A DNA stretch of 64,000 bases from Mytilus trossulus (Eukaryota): positions 15,686,001 through 15,750,000 of the forward strand of contig NC_086380.1 in NCBI RefSeq assembly GCF_036588685.1, read 5' to 3'. Of the stretch, positions 28,242-42,139 are shown piece after piece. A program made the translations under genes and the position numbers. Below the pieces are notes generated by a model. That model did no database searches. It was not told the origin of the DNA and saw only the letters and a list, made by a program, of their open reading frames with translations. Numbering within the stretch: position 1 is the first letter of the stretch; each line of letters starts with the position of its first letter.

Positions 28242-28898
28242 GTTTTGAAAGGAATTAGCGATTCATTACATCTCTCTGATATGCATTTAGAAATATCCTC
28301 AGAAGAACGCATGGATAGTCTCATCTCATTTTTGAAAGAAACTTTTTGGATCGATGAACCTTTATGCAAATCCTACAAGTTGGTAGACACGACTAGAAGG
28401 ACTGCATACCGTTTAAAAGACAATCTGTCTATCTTGATGGTGTCTAACTCAACAGGCAGCATCATTGGATGTTTGACAATGTGTATAGAAACAATACATG
28501 AAGCAGACGACACAGCAATATTGCAGATTCAAAATGAAAATTTGAAAAAAATCAGAACTTTCCTGGCTCACAAACTGGAGGAAAAGAATGTATTTAAACA
28601 TTTTGGTGTTGAAAAAGCAGTACATTTTCTTCATTTGTCGACGAAGAAGAATTACCAGGGACGTGGAATAGCCTCTAAATTAACAAAGGCTTCACTGACA
28701 TTTTGTAAAAAGTTAGGATTTATCCCAGTGTGTATTGCTGCAGACTGTACTTCCAACATATCACAGAAAATCTTTGAGAAATTTGAATTTGAAAATTTGT
28801 TCACTGTAAGATATGACGAATATAAAGTTAATGATGAAATCGTTTTCACAAACATGGGCGACAATAAAGTAGCAAAGTTTTTTGTTAAACAGTTATAA
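28242..28898 (+). CDS. Insect-type arylalkylamine N-acetyltransferase-like GNAT, copy 2 (main coding exon)
   Basis: Acceptor ctttttcatag at 28241. FWIDEPL, YQGRGIA and CTSNISQKIFEKFEF motifs. Aligns end to end with copy 1. First in-exon ATG at 28281. Confidence 0.88.
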   Translation, partial: VLKGISDSLHLSDMHLEISSEERMDSLISFLKETFWIDEPLCKSYKLVDTTRRTAYRLKDNLSILMVSNSTGSIIGCLTMCIETIHEADDTAILQIQNENLKKIRTFLAHKLEEKNVFKHFGVEKAVHFLHLSTKKNYQGRGIASKLTKASLTFCKKLGFIPVCIAADCTSNISQKIFEKFEFENLFTVRYDEYKVNDEIVFTNMGDNKVAKFFVKQL

Positions 28899-30329
28899 AT
28901 TATGAAATTTTATGAGCAACTTTTTGTTATTAATTGTATTCCAATTTTTATCCCGTCAACTCTAATTTCTCTGACTATTGATAAAAAAAAAACTATAAGC
29001 AGAGGAATAGCTCAAGTATTCATCTTATACATTGAACCAAATGTATCATTATAATCCATGTGTATAATTATCGTGTATCAAATTTAATAATTACCTATAT
29101 TCAATTCATTTTATTTTTTTCAATTTCAACTTGTGAGGATTGAGGAAAAAGCAAAATTATGATACTTCAATTCTTGGTATTTGACATACATGTATTAACG
29201 AAATCCAAGAAAATAAGTGCTGTACAAATTAGAATAAATAACACATTCTTCATTTTAATTTTATTTTTGTACAATATCAATAAATAAATAAATAACAATA
29301 TACTATAAAAACAACAGTGACAAAAGTTTTGCATGGTCAATATTGGTTTAGGTGGGTTATTGCAGATAATATGTATAACAGGCTCATGTCAGAAGGATGT
29401 ACCATGATATATACAATGTTTAACTATTGAGATGGTTGAAGTTTGTTTTATGACAATGTGGTAATAAGCCATAATTTTTTTTTATTTCCAGCATCAATCA
29501 AAATTATTGATAAAGCAATACTGCCAATAATGTAAATGGTTCATTCACTAAAATACTATAATGTGTGTAATGTACCCTTTTTGGATTTCTACAGATATAG
29601 AAGAACACTGTTTAATGCTAATGTGGCAGTGGTGACAAATTATAAAAAATATTATTCTTTTATCAAATGCAGACATCATAATTGACATATAACCGTAAAT
29701 GTGACATAACATCAGCTAGTACATGATAAAAAAATAAGTATATATATATCAAGCTAAATTCTCTTATTTTTAAGTAAAACTCCTTAATGTAAAAGTTGTT
29801 TATTTTTAGTGTTTTTTCCTTCAATCAAATCTTTTAAAAAAATGATTGAATCAATGAAAGGAAATACTTTTGCTTTTAAACCTAAATAAGGAATTTGACC
29901 AAAAAAAAAAACAGCAAAAAAAATCCAATTTCTTATCATTCAACATCTAATTTTTGATAATTTGGTTTTGAATGGCCAAATGGTTTAAGGTTATATCGGG
30001 CAGCCATGAACAAACACACTGCAGGGGCTTGAAATTATATAATAACCCTTTGGTCGAGGAGAAGAAAAATAAATATTTTGTAATTTGGCCCCATACAAAG
30101 TTAACCACAAAGAAAATTTTTATCATTGCTTAATTTTGATATCATAATTGTGGTAAACCTTGTTTGATTGGCTTAATGTTTTTATGTAAATTATTAAAAA
30201 AATTATTTCAGGGTTATAATGGGAAAAACACCTTGATGAATTATCAGATGGCAATAGCTATTCCTTGCCCTTTGGTCAAGGAGAGCATAAAAGGATGTTT
30301 TTAAATTTGATACAAAAATAACATAAAAC

Positions 30330-31150
30330 AGATAAAAAAAAATGGTTCAATATAAATATTGGTCAGTACAACAAAGAATTTAATGATGAAGCATACTATG
30401 GTTTTCTGCAACAAACAAGTCTTGGTGTTTGGTAATACAGAGAAATTGGGTTCAAACAAAATAATAATTGGTACAACATAGAAGATTTATATTATATATG
30501 CTACAAAAAAGTTGATAAAAGAAAAAAAATGTTTGGCACAACAGAGAAATTTAGGTTCAAGTATAATATTGTTTGGTATAATAAGTGGTAATTCCTCAAA
30601 CACAATATAGAGGGGAGAAAGGACCGTTATCGGGACTCTGGGAGTGAGTGTTTTTAAGTTCGAAATTTCAGGATTGGCCCTTTCCAGATCCGGGAATACT
30701 TTATTCGAATTTAGGGACCTCTGGATTTCATGTTTTTATGTCCGAGATTTAGGGATTTCATGTTTTTAAGCCTGGGATTTCGGGATCAGGACCCCTCCTA
30801 TCCCCCTCAATATACGTTGGTACAACATGTTGTATTGTTTAAAGCAAATTTTTTTTTGCACAAGGAGGTTTTGGTACAAGAAAAATGTTGTTTGGTACAA
30901 CAAAGAAGTTTAAGTTCTAGCCAAACATTGTAAGCAACAACAAAGAAGTTTAAGTTCAAGCCAAATATTGTTTGCAACAACAATGATTTTTAGGTTCAAG
31001 CCAAATATTGTTCAGAATGTCAAAGACATTTCGTTTCAAGCAAAATACAGTTTGGTTCCACAAATGTTCTATTGGTTCAAGCAAAATATGTGTTACTACA
31101 CCAAATTAAAAGAGTTTTAGGGTCAAGCAAATATCATTTGATATAAACAA
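30330..31150. repeat. Degenerate ~40-bp tandem repeat in the probable GDPD 3' UTR, interrupted by a short element at ~30610-30808
   Basis: Recurrent GGTTCAAGCCAAATATTGTTTG...ACAAAGAAG. The inserted element resembles ~39488-39670. Confidence 0.65.
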
Positions 31151-31177
31151 AGTATTTGATTCTAATAAAGCCCTATG

Positions 31178-34100
31178 TTATACATCTGATTTCTGAGTTT
31201 TATATTCAGGGTGATTGTCTAAATATTGTTTAAGTTTTGTTGGAAAGTCTGTCATCACACCATCAGCTCCCAGTCTGAAGGCCCTTGTATATTCTTCCTC
31301 ATCATTTAAAACCCATAAGTATGTCTGTAAAACAAATAACAAGGCTTAAAATGTTAAAATTCCTTGCTAGTTATCAGACTAGCTTCATCAGAGTTTGGCA
31401 ACAATAATGTATACATGTTATGACATATACAACTAGAATATATTTGTTTAGGGGCCACCTGAAGGACGCCTCCTAGTGCAGGAATTTCTCGCTACATTGA
31501 AGACCTGTTGGTGACCTTCTGCTGCTGTTTTTCTATGGTCCGGTTGTTGTCTCTTTGACACATTCCCCATGTCCATTCTCAATTTTATGGTCTAAAATAA
31601 CTTTTTTATCAACTGAAGAAATCAGAAAAGGAAACTGTATATTACTGCAGTATGTTTAGTAGTATGAAATACCTAGTTAAACGTGACCCAATGACAGAAA
31701 TGGCTAACAGAACATTTCATTAGGCCTTGCACCATTTGAGGTCAAGTGATTCTTTAATTATTTTTATCTTGATTTATATGTTTCAAGTGGTTTTGCAACT
31801 TGTTCCTGTGTTTTTATCATCTTTGCATATGGTCTTGAGTAGAATCAATAAACAGATGACATGATTTTAGATTGGGACATCTTTAAGGTAAAAATGTTTT
31901 TTTAATTTTTATTGAGTTAAGCCTTCCAATTGATATTTTATTGTGTGGTTTTCTATGTTGTAATGTTATGCTATTGTTTCAGAAAAAGGGAGAAGGTTTG
32001 GTACCATTACAAAGTTTAATCCCACTGCAAATGTTTGCACCTGTCTTAAGTCAGGAATCTGGTGTACAGTTGTTGTCGTTTGTATATGTAATTTATACAT
32101 ATGTCTCGTTTTTTATATAGATGAGACCGTTGGTTTTCCCGTTTAAATGGTATTGAACTAGTAATTTTGGGGCCCTTTATAGCTTTTTGTACAGTGTGAG
32201 TCAGGACTCTGTGTTGAAGGCCATACATTGACCTATAATGGTTTACTTTTGTAGATTGTTATTTGGATGGAGAGTTGTCTCATTGGCACTCACACCACAT
32301 CTTCCTATATCTATATAGTTTTGGATTTCCCTAATTATTAATCTTTACTGGCTAGTGTTGAATTGGAAATAAGCAGTTGTCTTTAACGCTTCATTAATTT
32401 ACAGCAGAATTACTTGAGTGTGTAGGTAAAGTTGCTGGATTGTTTTGCAAGCAAGCTAACCAAAGATATTACCTTTATTGACAAACTCAAGTCATTTTGC
32501 TGTAATGAGTTTTTATTCTCTTCATGTCCTACAAGTGTTTATTCCTATTATCTTCTTATCTACACTTGGACTAATTGGTGACATCAAAAGATATGATGTA
32601 CTTTTTATGACGAAGGCAATAACATGAAAGTACAAAATTGTTTCAAAACTTAAAATTATTACACTTACCTGCATCCCTCTTCTTCTTAAATGATTAAATA
32701 ATACTGGACTCATTAGTAACCTGTAATCAATTAATATACGTTATCTATATGCTTGAAAATCTTGGGAAGGCAGAAAAAAACCAGCCTCATTCTCACCATA
32801 AAATCATTGATTTTTTGTGAAAATAAGAATATCAAAATAGTAAAGCTCTTTGGCTATGAATATTTTTCTCTTCTAGTCTGTAAATTAGGATGTCTAATTC
32901 ATTAATAAAATTGAACGATTTGCATAAGATAGTATTTGTCATTTTATATTCTTTGACCTTAAAAACACTTTTTGATTATACATGATATTATTTTCAAGCT
33001 TACCAACTATGATTTTATTTTGTTAAGTAGTTACTGAGAAAAGTGTTGGTAAAAAGTACCAATAAACAGACAAACAGACATGCAAGGTGATTGTAATAAA
33101 GCCTCCATTCCTAGAGTGAGGAGTATATAGTTAATCGCTTTTTAAATTCCGCCTGATATACCATTTACAATAAACTTAATACTTAAGTAATGCAACTTAC
33201 ACATCAACTGTCCTTAATAAACATCTCATAGCTCTACTGAATTTTACAGGAATCTTCCTGTCACTGAAATCAGAAAAATGATAGCTAGAAACTTAGTATA
33301 CTGTAAAACTTTTATATTGTATTAATTTTGTATGAAGTATTTACATGATTTTACAACTTTTCAACAATTAACAAAATTTAGTATGTATGATTTCATAAAA
33401 TACAAATTTTGCTTTGATATACCGGTATATGGGAATTTGCAACAAAGAACATTGCTATTCCAGAAATATCGGGATGAATATCTCAGCAAAAATGCATGTA
33501 AAAAACTATCAATAGGGTGCAAGAAGAAAATCTATAAGAGACTTTATATTAACTAGTTCAGTATAGAAATATTAACAATTCTTAAGACTTTTGGCATCAA
33601 GACTTTATACTTCTTCAAATATAAAATGCTGCCTTTTTTGTGCTTGTCCCAAGTCAGGAGCCTCTAGCCTTTGTAAAACTCATACTTTAAAAAAATTATA
33701 TGTTTTGGTGTTTAGTATGACGTTCATTTTCACTGAACTAGTACACATTTATCAATAAGGGACCAGTTGAGGCCCCCTCCGGGTGGGGATTTTCTCTGTG
33801 CTTTGAATACCCATTGGTTGTCTTTCAGCTATTTTCTTCCATTTGGTCAGGTTCTTGTGTCTTTTACATATTCTCTATTTCCATTCTCAATTTTAGGAAC
33901 CCCCCCTTTTTTTGGGCCAATCAATGCATTTGAATGGGAGCATATAGTTGGTACCCCCTTTTAAAATGGCTGGATCCGCATCTGTTGTCAGTCCATACTC
34001 ACTCAAACACTATACTTGGCATGACGACCTCTAGTAATGATTCTTTGATTGGAACAAAGGGCAGCAACCCAGTGTAAAATAATACAAGCAGCATTATTAC

Positions 34101-37100
34101 TCTCTGCATGGAGAAAATTAAGGGAATATCTGGATTCTGAAAAAAAAGAAAGAAATTATGAGATATTGTGTTTCAACAAAAACATTCCAAAAACTAGATG
34201 TTGATTGTGGCCATTCTGTGAAACATGCCCGTAAATAAGATCATAAATAACATTGAATTGTAAAATATCATACAATCTTTTTCTCTCCATTATTGTCAGT
34301 TCTCAATTTCTGCCTTTCATGAAGTTGAGTACATGTATAAATCCATTTCTGGTATTAGTGGACTCAAAAAGAAGAAACATCAAGTTAGCCCTATATGTAC
34401 TTACAATTTTGTATAATTTTTCTGTCACTTTACTACTCCTGTTTCCCCAGGCTATTAAATGTTCTCTTTTATATTCTTTTATCAAATTATTAACCTGAAA
34501 TATATATGATATTACACTACAAATTGGTTAGTTCAATTTTTTTATTTATTAAAAGAGAAAATTCTGTAGGGTTGAAACTCTTGCACTTGTATGAAAAAAT
34601 AACATTGTATTATGTGTATTATTTTAACATAGTCATCTGCACTGACAAAGTATGACATTGTTGTATATGTCAAACAATTCAAATTATGATTTTAGAAATT
34701 ACAATGTCATAGCTTATTTACAAGGAAGGTTGAAATTTTCTATTGAACAACACAGGCACTTGTCCCTGGAAAGCAAAGCCACCTTCCTTAATGTTACTCA
34801 TAGACAATTTTTTTCAGTGGCAAATGTGCTTAATGACATCTTAATGGAAACTAAAATGTATATTGTTAACATTTACTCTTCATACTATAATAAACACACA
34901 AAACATATACAATCATCATATAAAGTGGGTCTCATTGGGGTCTAAGTGTGACGCGGGATTGCCGATTTTTTGTAAGCGTGACACGTGAAAGTCAAATCAT
35001 TGTGTCGTGAAAACGGGAAAGAGGTCTAGCAGGACTCGGGAAATGACAAAAAACATGAGATTTGTTTACATATATAGTGTAAGGGGATACGAAAATCTGA
35101 CAAAACAGTAAGCAGGATCTGGGATCGGAACCCCCCAATGAGACCCCCTATAAACATAAAATTCTCTCATACCCATCAACTATGTAGTGACTCTTTAAAA
35201 TATGGTGTTAGTTTTACCTTTTCTATAAGTTCGTCATCGTCTATTTTGATATCTACATTGATAGGCATGTCAGGAAACGCCTCAAACACTTCCCGTAATA
35301 ATGGTATTCTCCTATCTTCTCCACCCTTCAGTGTAAATGCTGGAAAAGTAAAGTGTCATCAATATATCTGGTTAATGCATGATAGACAAGTATTTTACTG
35401 TCAGACCGCATACTTATAGACCTTTATAGTAACAAATATGAAGGAGTAAATGGGACTGTTTTCATTAGAACCATTAACATAGGATCTGGCCTATACAATC
35501 AATGCCCCTTTTTAAAATAAGTTGTTAAACAATTAAAAAAGAAATCCTGCCATTTGGTTAGTGTGCTTATCAGGACTGCAGTCTTTTACAATAAATTTCA
35601 TACTTATTTGTAGACAAATAACTAACAAATCTGGCTAATTTCTACTTTTGTACTTTCTACTTATGAACCTTCATGTCAAGTATCTAGGAATCAGGGAAAG
35701 ACAATCTTGGACTGCATCACTAAATGTGACCTGTTCCTAAATGACTTTTTAATAAGACATTATAATGCCCATATAACTGTAAAATTTTATTCATTACATT
35801 TGTAACTTCATAAAACTTTGTAAGGATAAATTAAACTCATGTATACTTACTTTGATAGAAATCTAATCTGTGCTCTTGACTCAGGAGTGGCAGTTCCTTA
35901 AAAAATATTAAACCAGACATTATAAATAAAACATTGATAAAACTTATCTATCTCTAGAGTTCAGAAATTTGCAATTGATTTTTACAGCCTATTCTTATGT
36001 GCTCTATTACTGCATTAACAAATATGTTTACACCCACAAATGCTTTGTGTGTCTATCCAAAGTTAGGAGCAACTGAAGAAATTGTAAACAGGTTTTTTTT
36101 TTAATAAACAAGTATTTATTTAAAACAAAAAAAAATAGATTGTAGTAAAAGATATGAAAACATAAAAAAAAAATTAGGATAAAATTGAGAATGGAAATTG
36201 GGAATGTGTCAAAGTTCAATGTAGCAAGAAATTCCTGCACCCGTCCTTCAGCTGGCCCCTAAACCAATATATACTAGTTCAGTGATAATGAACACCATAC
36301 TAAGCCTGTATTTCAGTGGATGAATTGCTTCATGACTGTCATATCTGTTTTTCATAAATTGTATTGTTCTAAATAAGATCATTAGTTTTCTCATTTAAAT
36401 TATTACACATTCATGACAAGTGTTTGTTTTGGTGCCTTTCATAGCTGACTATACAATATGGATCTTTATATCATTATTGAAGGCTATAAGGTGACCTATA
36501 ATTACTTTGACATACCTTAAATGTCTCAGTCATTTGAACTCTGGTGGATAGTTGTATGATTTACAATCTTACCACACCTCCTTATTTTACAAAACTAAGA
36601 ATTTCCATAGGCTAAAAAATATAACTTACCTCATACTTAAAATCTGACACTTGACCCTCTGTCTCACATGTTCTTTTTAGACTACTGTCATGTGATACAA
36701 CCACCTGACCATCTTTGGTAATATGACAATCAATTTCTAACATATCTGTTCCAATGGAAGCAGCACTGAAAATATGGTAAAAAGGACAACCATTTAAGTG
36801 TCAAATATAATATAACAATTCTTTGAACCAAGAAGGAATTTTAATGTTTCCTAATTTACTTTGTTTTAACCATTACGAGAATTTTAACCTACCCCCAAAT
36901 AAGACTTATGTTTTTGTCTAGGTAAGAAGAAAATAACAGTCGTAGAAAGGAAAAGATATATAATACACTTTATACTTATCAGACTATACTCAATTGAGTA
37001 CTTTTCAAATTTGTTTGACTAATATGTAAACTTGCAAAGAGGTGACACTTTTTTCTTCTTCTTTTGTTGAAAGCCACACTGTGACTTTGAGATGAAGAAC

Positions 37101-39669
37101 AGTGATAAAAGCACTGCTCTTTTTCTTTTTAAGTGTTTTTAGCTGTGCATGTACTGATATTATGTCATAGATCCTTACTTTTTCTATGACATCTCTAATT
37201 GTGGATAAAGAGATACATGTTTTACACATCAATGAGACAGCAACCTTACAACACAAATAAAAAGAATTGACATATAGCTGTCAAACAAATAGGCGATTGT
37301 CATTAAGAGTTATATTATACAACAGTTTTCTACAAACTTACTGTTTAAATGCTGTCATTGTATTCTCTATGTGTTCTCCAGCTCCTGTAATACAAATGTC
37401 AAATGTCAAATAGTACATAGTAAACTATAAATGCTTTGAATGAGTTAAGCCGTTTTTCAACTGATTTTTATAGTTCGTTCTTATGTTGTACTGTTATACC
37501 ACAGTCCCAGTTTAGGGGAGGGTTGGGATCCCGCTAACATGTTTAACCTCGCTACATTATTTATGTATGTGCCTGTCCCAAGTCAGGAGCCTGTTATTCA
37601 GTGGTTGTCATTTATGTTTATGTGTTACATATTTGTTTTTCATTCATTTTTTTTAATAAATGGACCGTTACTGGCGTTAGTTTTCTCGTTTGAATTGTTT
37701 TACATTGTCTTATCGGGGCCTTTTATAGCTGACTATGCGGTATGGGCTTTGTTCATTGTTGAAGGCCGTACGGTGACCTATAGTTGTTTATGTTTGTGTC
37801 ATTTTGGTCTTTTGTGGATAGTTGTCTCATTGGCAATCATACATGTACAATGTACCACATCTTCTTTTTTATATTTATCTATAGTATCTAATTCTGGATA
37901 AAACAAAACGTTTTATGGGTGAAAAAGATTAAATCATGAAAATATAAAATTTAAATACATATTGAAAAATAACTTTTCATCATTTTTAGACCTTTATACA
38001 ATTTTAAAAAAAATATTTGTAAAATATATTTTACATTTATACTTCCTTTAACTGTATTACTATATTTTATTACAGTCTAATTTCCTCATAATGTAATTGT
38101 TGATATTTTTTAAGGCTGCAGAGCCAGTGTCTCAAACATTTAAATATCACCTCTTAAAAGTAAATTCTAAGTATACAAATCCTTGCTAATTATAACAATA
38201 AGTAAAGAATGTAAGACTGTGATACACAAATTTATAAAATTCTTTGAAAGTGCAATGAAATAATAATTAATAGGATTTGAAATGAATTAACCAAGTGAAC
38301 ATGCATTAATGTTTTGGTATCTTTGATATACATTTTTATATATATAACACATAGCTGAAAGGGTGATAGAGCAGATTGGTACCCCGAGAAAAAATTGTCA
38401 ACCGCGGCGAAGCCAAGGTTGACAATGCTTTTTCAAGGGGTACCAATCTGCTCTATCACCCTCTCAGCTATGTGTTATTTAATTTATTATACTGAACGTC
38501 CTACCATTTTTGTCTTTTACAGATTAATTTTATTTCAAAAGAATTTTCTATGACGTCACTTACATAGCAACGTTGCGAGTTTTAGAAATAAAAACAACAA
38601 AATTAAGCCAGATGTTTTTTTTTTTATTTTGACAGTTAAAAAATAAAATTTGAGCCAAAACGTAAAACTTTAGCATTGTATTCAACTACTTGATGTAAAT
38701 TCAATCCATTGTCCTTTAAATTGTCGATTTTTGATTGGTTTAGACGAGAGGGTATCATTCAAAAAAATTGTCACCCTCTCAGCCATGTGATAGAGTAAAT
38801 TGACACCCTCGTATTAGCCAATCAAAATATAGCATTTTAACGTGAAGTACAATAAAAGAAAATGTACCATAAATACTGAAATTTAGCTCGAAAAAGTTCG
38901 TACGTGTTATGACCTGAGATTTGATGCTTCAATGCAGGTCATGACCTGCATTTTCATCGTCACAGGTTGACAGGTATGCAAAAGACACTTATACATGTCT
39001 ATTATTATTAATATAATACATGTACAATGTACATCTAGATTTGGTGACTACAGTTATTGATGATTTTACAGCTTTGCTAAATGTACATGTACATGTATAT
39101 CCACATTAACTGATATTAAACAAATAACAAATAAGGGAAAACTCTAGCAAAGAAATATATTTCCTTTATTATTACTTTCTAACATGTCTAAAAGAGAAAA
39201 AGTCATATAAATTCTTAATATTTGTTCCTTCCATCATCTCAATATTTATCTTTGAACACAATGCATGAAATTAATCTCAAATGTAATAGTGTTATTTTTC
39301 TTTCAGATTACCACATATCGATTATTGGAATACCTTTTTATGTTCCAATTCGAACCAATGTGAGTGTAGAATGTATATAATTTACACACTGAGCACAACC
39401 AAACAGATTCAGCATGTGAACAGTTAAACATTGGGATGGACTACATAGTCACTTTAGTTATGAAAATCAGGGTCACTGGTCACCTGTGAGGGGGAATAGG
39501 ACTTTTATCGGGACTCCAGAATCTGGTGTTTTTAAGATTGGGATTTTGGGATTGGCCCTATCTGGATCTGGGAATTCTTTTTTGAATTTCGGGATTTAAA
39601 TTTATTTAAAGTCAGGACCTCAGGATTTTGTGTTTTACACCCCAGAATTTTAGGATCAGACCCCCTCCT

Positions 39670-39708
<39 letters not shown>

Positions 39709-40416
39709 CCCTGTGGTCAGCAACTCTAGTTTAGACCATACAATGACGACCTATATGGATAGTTTTGAACAACCAAATAATTTGTACACTGTTCGATGGA
39801 TGTCTTATTTACATTCATACCACACGTTTTTATTTTTGTTGCCGCAATTCTGCCTTCTTGTAGGGGGTCTCATTGGGGGGTTCTGATCCGGGATCCTGCT
39901 TGTTGTTTTGTTAGATACCCGTATCCGGCTTGCACTATGTCTGTAAGCAATTTTCATTTTTTTGTCATTTCCCAGGTCCCGCAAGACCTCATTTCCCATT
40001 TTCACAACACAATAATTTGACTTTCACATTTCACGCTTATGAAAAAATCAGCAATCCCGCATCACGCTTAGATCCCAATAAGACCCACCTTGAAGTGCTG
40101 ATGCTTCAAAAATCAATCTTATTTTTTTTTTTATAATTTTTAACAAGGATTTGTATAGTGAATCCTTGTTTTTAAGTAAGAAGAAATATGATTGTTTAAC
40201 AATAACATTGTTTGTACAGATACAGAACAAAAAGTGTAAATTTATGACAACAAATAAAATATGCATACCCCCTCGATGGCTTATATGCACAGGTTTGAAT
40301 TTTATGTTTTTCTTCCTGTGTAAAATGTGAGGAAATTTCAGTAACAACACTGAGGTTACTATGTAGCCTCCAATCACTGCTAACACCGACATGGTTATGA
40401 TAATTTCTATCAACAT
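31178..40416 (-). CDS. GDPD1: Lysophospholipase D / glycerophosphodiester phosphodiesterase GDPD1(GDE4)/GDPD3-like, 326 aa, 10 coding exons
   Basis: Exons 40416-40269, 37384-37342, 36765-36630, 35896-35851, 35339-35218, 34494-34405, 34136-34003, 33263-33201, 32720-32669 and 31324-31178. All introns GT-AG and phase-compatible (981 nt). N-terminal TM helix and motifs ISHRGGAGEHIENTMTAF, MLEIDCHITKDGQVVVSHD, INVDIK, YLWVLND and GVMTDFP. An acceptor before 40517 implies an upstream UTR exon. Confidence 0.93.
34926..35148. mobile_element. Short MITE-like element (TIR GGTCTCATTGGGG)
   Basis: Inverted termini GGGTCTCATTGGGG / CCCCAATGAGACCC. A second copy lies in opposite orientation at ~39863-40086. 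Confidence 0.75.
37437..37872 (-). mobile_element. Interspersed repeat family C (AAAAAGAAGATGTGGTATGATTGCCAATGAGACAACT...)
   Basis: Related copies at ~8695-9050, 9134-9250, 21368-21530, 31912-32315, 36380-36585, 49785-50070 and 55388-55573. Confidence 0.8.
38344..38856. mobile_element. Structured non-autonomous element: 135-bp palindrome followed by a segment with inverted termini
   Basis: Arms 38344-38385 and 38437-38478 are near-perfectly complementary, with GCGAAGC at the apex. TTTATTATACTGAACGT (~38483) and ACGTGAAGTACAATAAA (~38840) are inverted. Confidence 0.7.
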
Positions 40417-42139
40417 CGGTTATCAGAAAATTATTTTTGAGATAAATCAACTGTCACTCTTCTTCTTGGACTTTGTAATGACATCGTTTGTTCTAAATTT
40501 TGACTACAGAGAGGCTCCTACAGAAGGAAAACAAATCATATGTTAAAAATAGAAATGTAATTTCTGTACTCCACAAGAAAGAGTTCATGATAAAGTAAAA
40601 TTCAAAATGATTACGGTTATGTGATTTTTACGGAACTTAAAAGGAAAAAATAATCAATCTCCGTTGGTGGAGCACCGCGAAAATTACATTTAACGGAACA
40701 AACGGAAAGATCTGATTTTGATCTTATTGATACAGAGCATACATCACCATTAATCTAAATATTCTAAGTAAACAGAAAACAAATGTATTTGGATGGAGAG
40801 TGGTCTCATTGGCACTCACACCTCATCTTCCTATATCTATGTTAGTTAATTTGAGAAATTTGAAAAATAAATAGGGGCGAATGGGGTAAGTGGACACATT
40901 AAGCTTATACACACGTTTCAGCTCGCTTGGACATGGATATTTTCCCTTCCGTTCCAATAAATTATGTGTAGACCTTTCTTCATATTTTTAGGCATTTTTT
41001 TTCTATAAAATCCCATGTCAATGGCGGCTGGCCATATAGAGCCTGAATATAGCAACAATTCAACTTCAAATGGGAGGAGAAGACAGGAGAGGGTTATGTT
41101 TTTTTTGACGAAAATAATAATCTGGCCAAGCAGATAACAAATGACAAAAAAATACTGACTCCAGATTTCCCCCATACCGTGGGCTTTATATAGTATTCAT
41201 TATTGAAAAGCAAATTTTGATTGATATGGTTAAAACAGGATGAAAATGAATATTCCGAAACATTAAATGCAGGAATCAATTGTGTAAAGAAGAAAGAAGA
41301 AAAATTAAACAAATAGCGAACTCCAAGGCAAATTCAAAAAGGAAAAGCCTCTATAAAATTGAACATTATCAACAATGCAATGGAATGTATGGGACACAAC
41401 TGTTACATTCTTGAGTTACCTCGGAAGAAAATTGTGGGTTAACTTGGTTTTATTAATTAAACAATGTTAAACTTACAAAGATAATTATATTAGGTCATTA
41501 AGAATTGTTGACCTAATATGTCTTAGTCATGTTCGTATGGGAGATAGAGTCAAGTGGTTGATTCAAACTGCCTACTACTGCTGCTGTAGTACTCTTTTGA
41601 ATCATGACAATTTATAAATCAACTTTATAACGACCAAGCGAACCTCAAATAAAAAAAAAATGTTTACAAGGCCATACCTGTCGCAGTCATTTTTTTCCTT
41701 TTCATCAATTCAGATTTTCCATACCATTTATACAAATTAAATATTTCAACCACCTAAACTCACTCTTATTAGACCAACAGTAATTGTGACAAATTTTCTT
41801 TCTTAACCCGAAATACAAATACAGCATTCGGTAATATTTTTACCAAACAATATTATTAATTGGGAAATTTTCCTTTCCTATTGTTAATTTCCCATCTTTT
41901 TGTGTGTGTGTTTTTTACTGGCACATTCTTACTTACTTTTTAAAATTTGGTATAGGTTCCTCTTCATCAGACTTAATTATATTAGTTCTAACAATACTGA
42001 TAGCTTGTCTTCCGTTTATATAAGACTTTGTAGTCGACATACACAAGATATTCATGTTTTCTGTACTTTTCTAATGTATTTACTTATGTACATGTATAAT
42101 ATGACTTGACCTTGTCTCCCCTTATCCTCAATCAACTGA

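Noticed and set aside
31350-31395. Minus-strand CTGATGA followed by a GCTAGT/ACTAGC hairpin resembling a hammerhead
   Set aside because: No GAAA after stem II and no stem I or III pairing.
37539-37901. 120-aa hydrophobic ORF
   Set aside because: Lies within interspersed repeat family C in a GDPD intron; other copies do not keep the frame.
39670-39710. Long poly-C run (poly-Gly ORF, possible G-quadruplex)
   Set aside because: Homopolymer at the end of a repeat element; its length is unreliable and there is no coding support.
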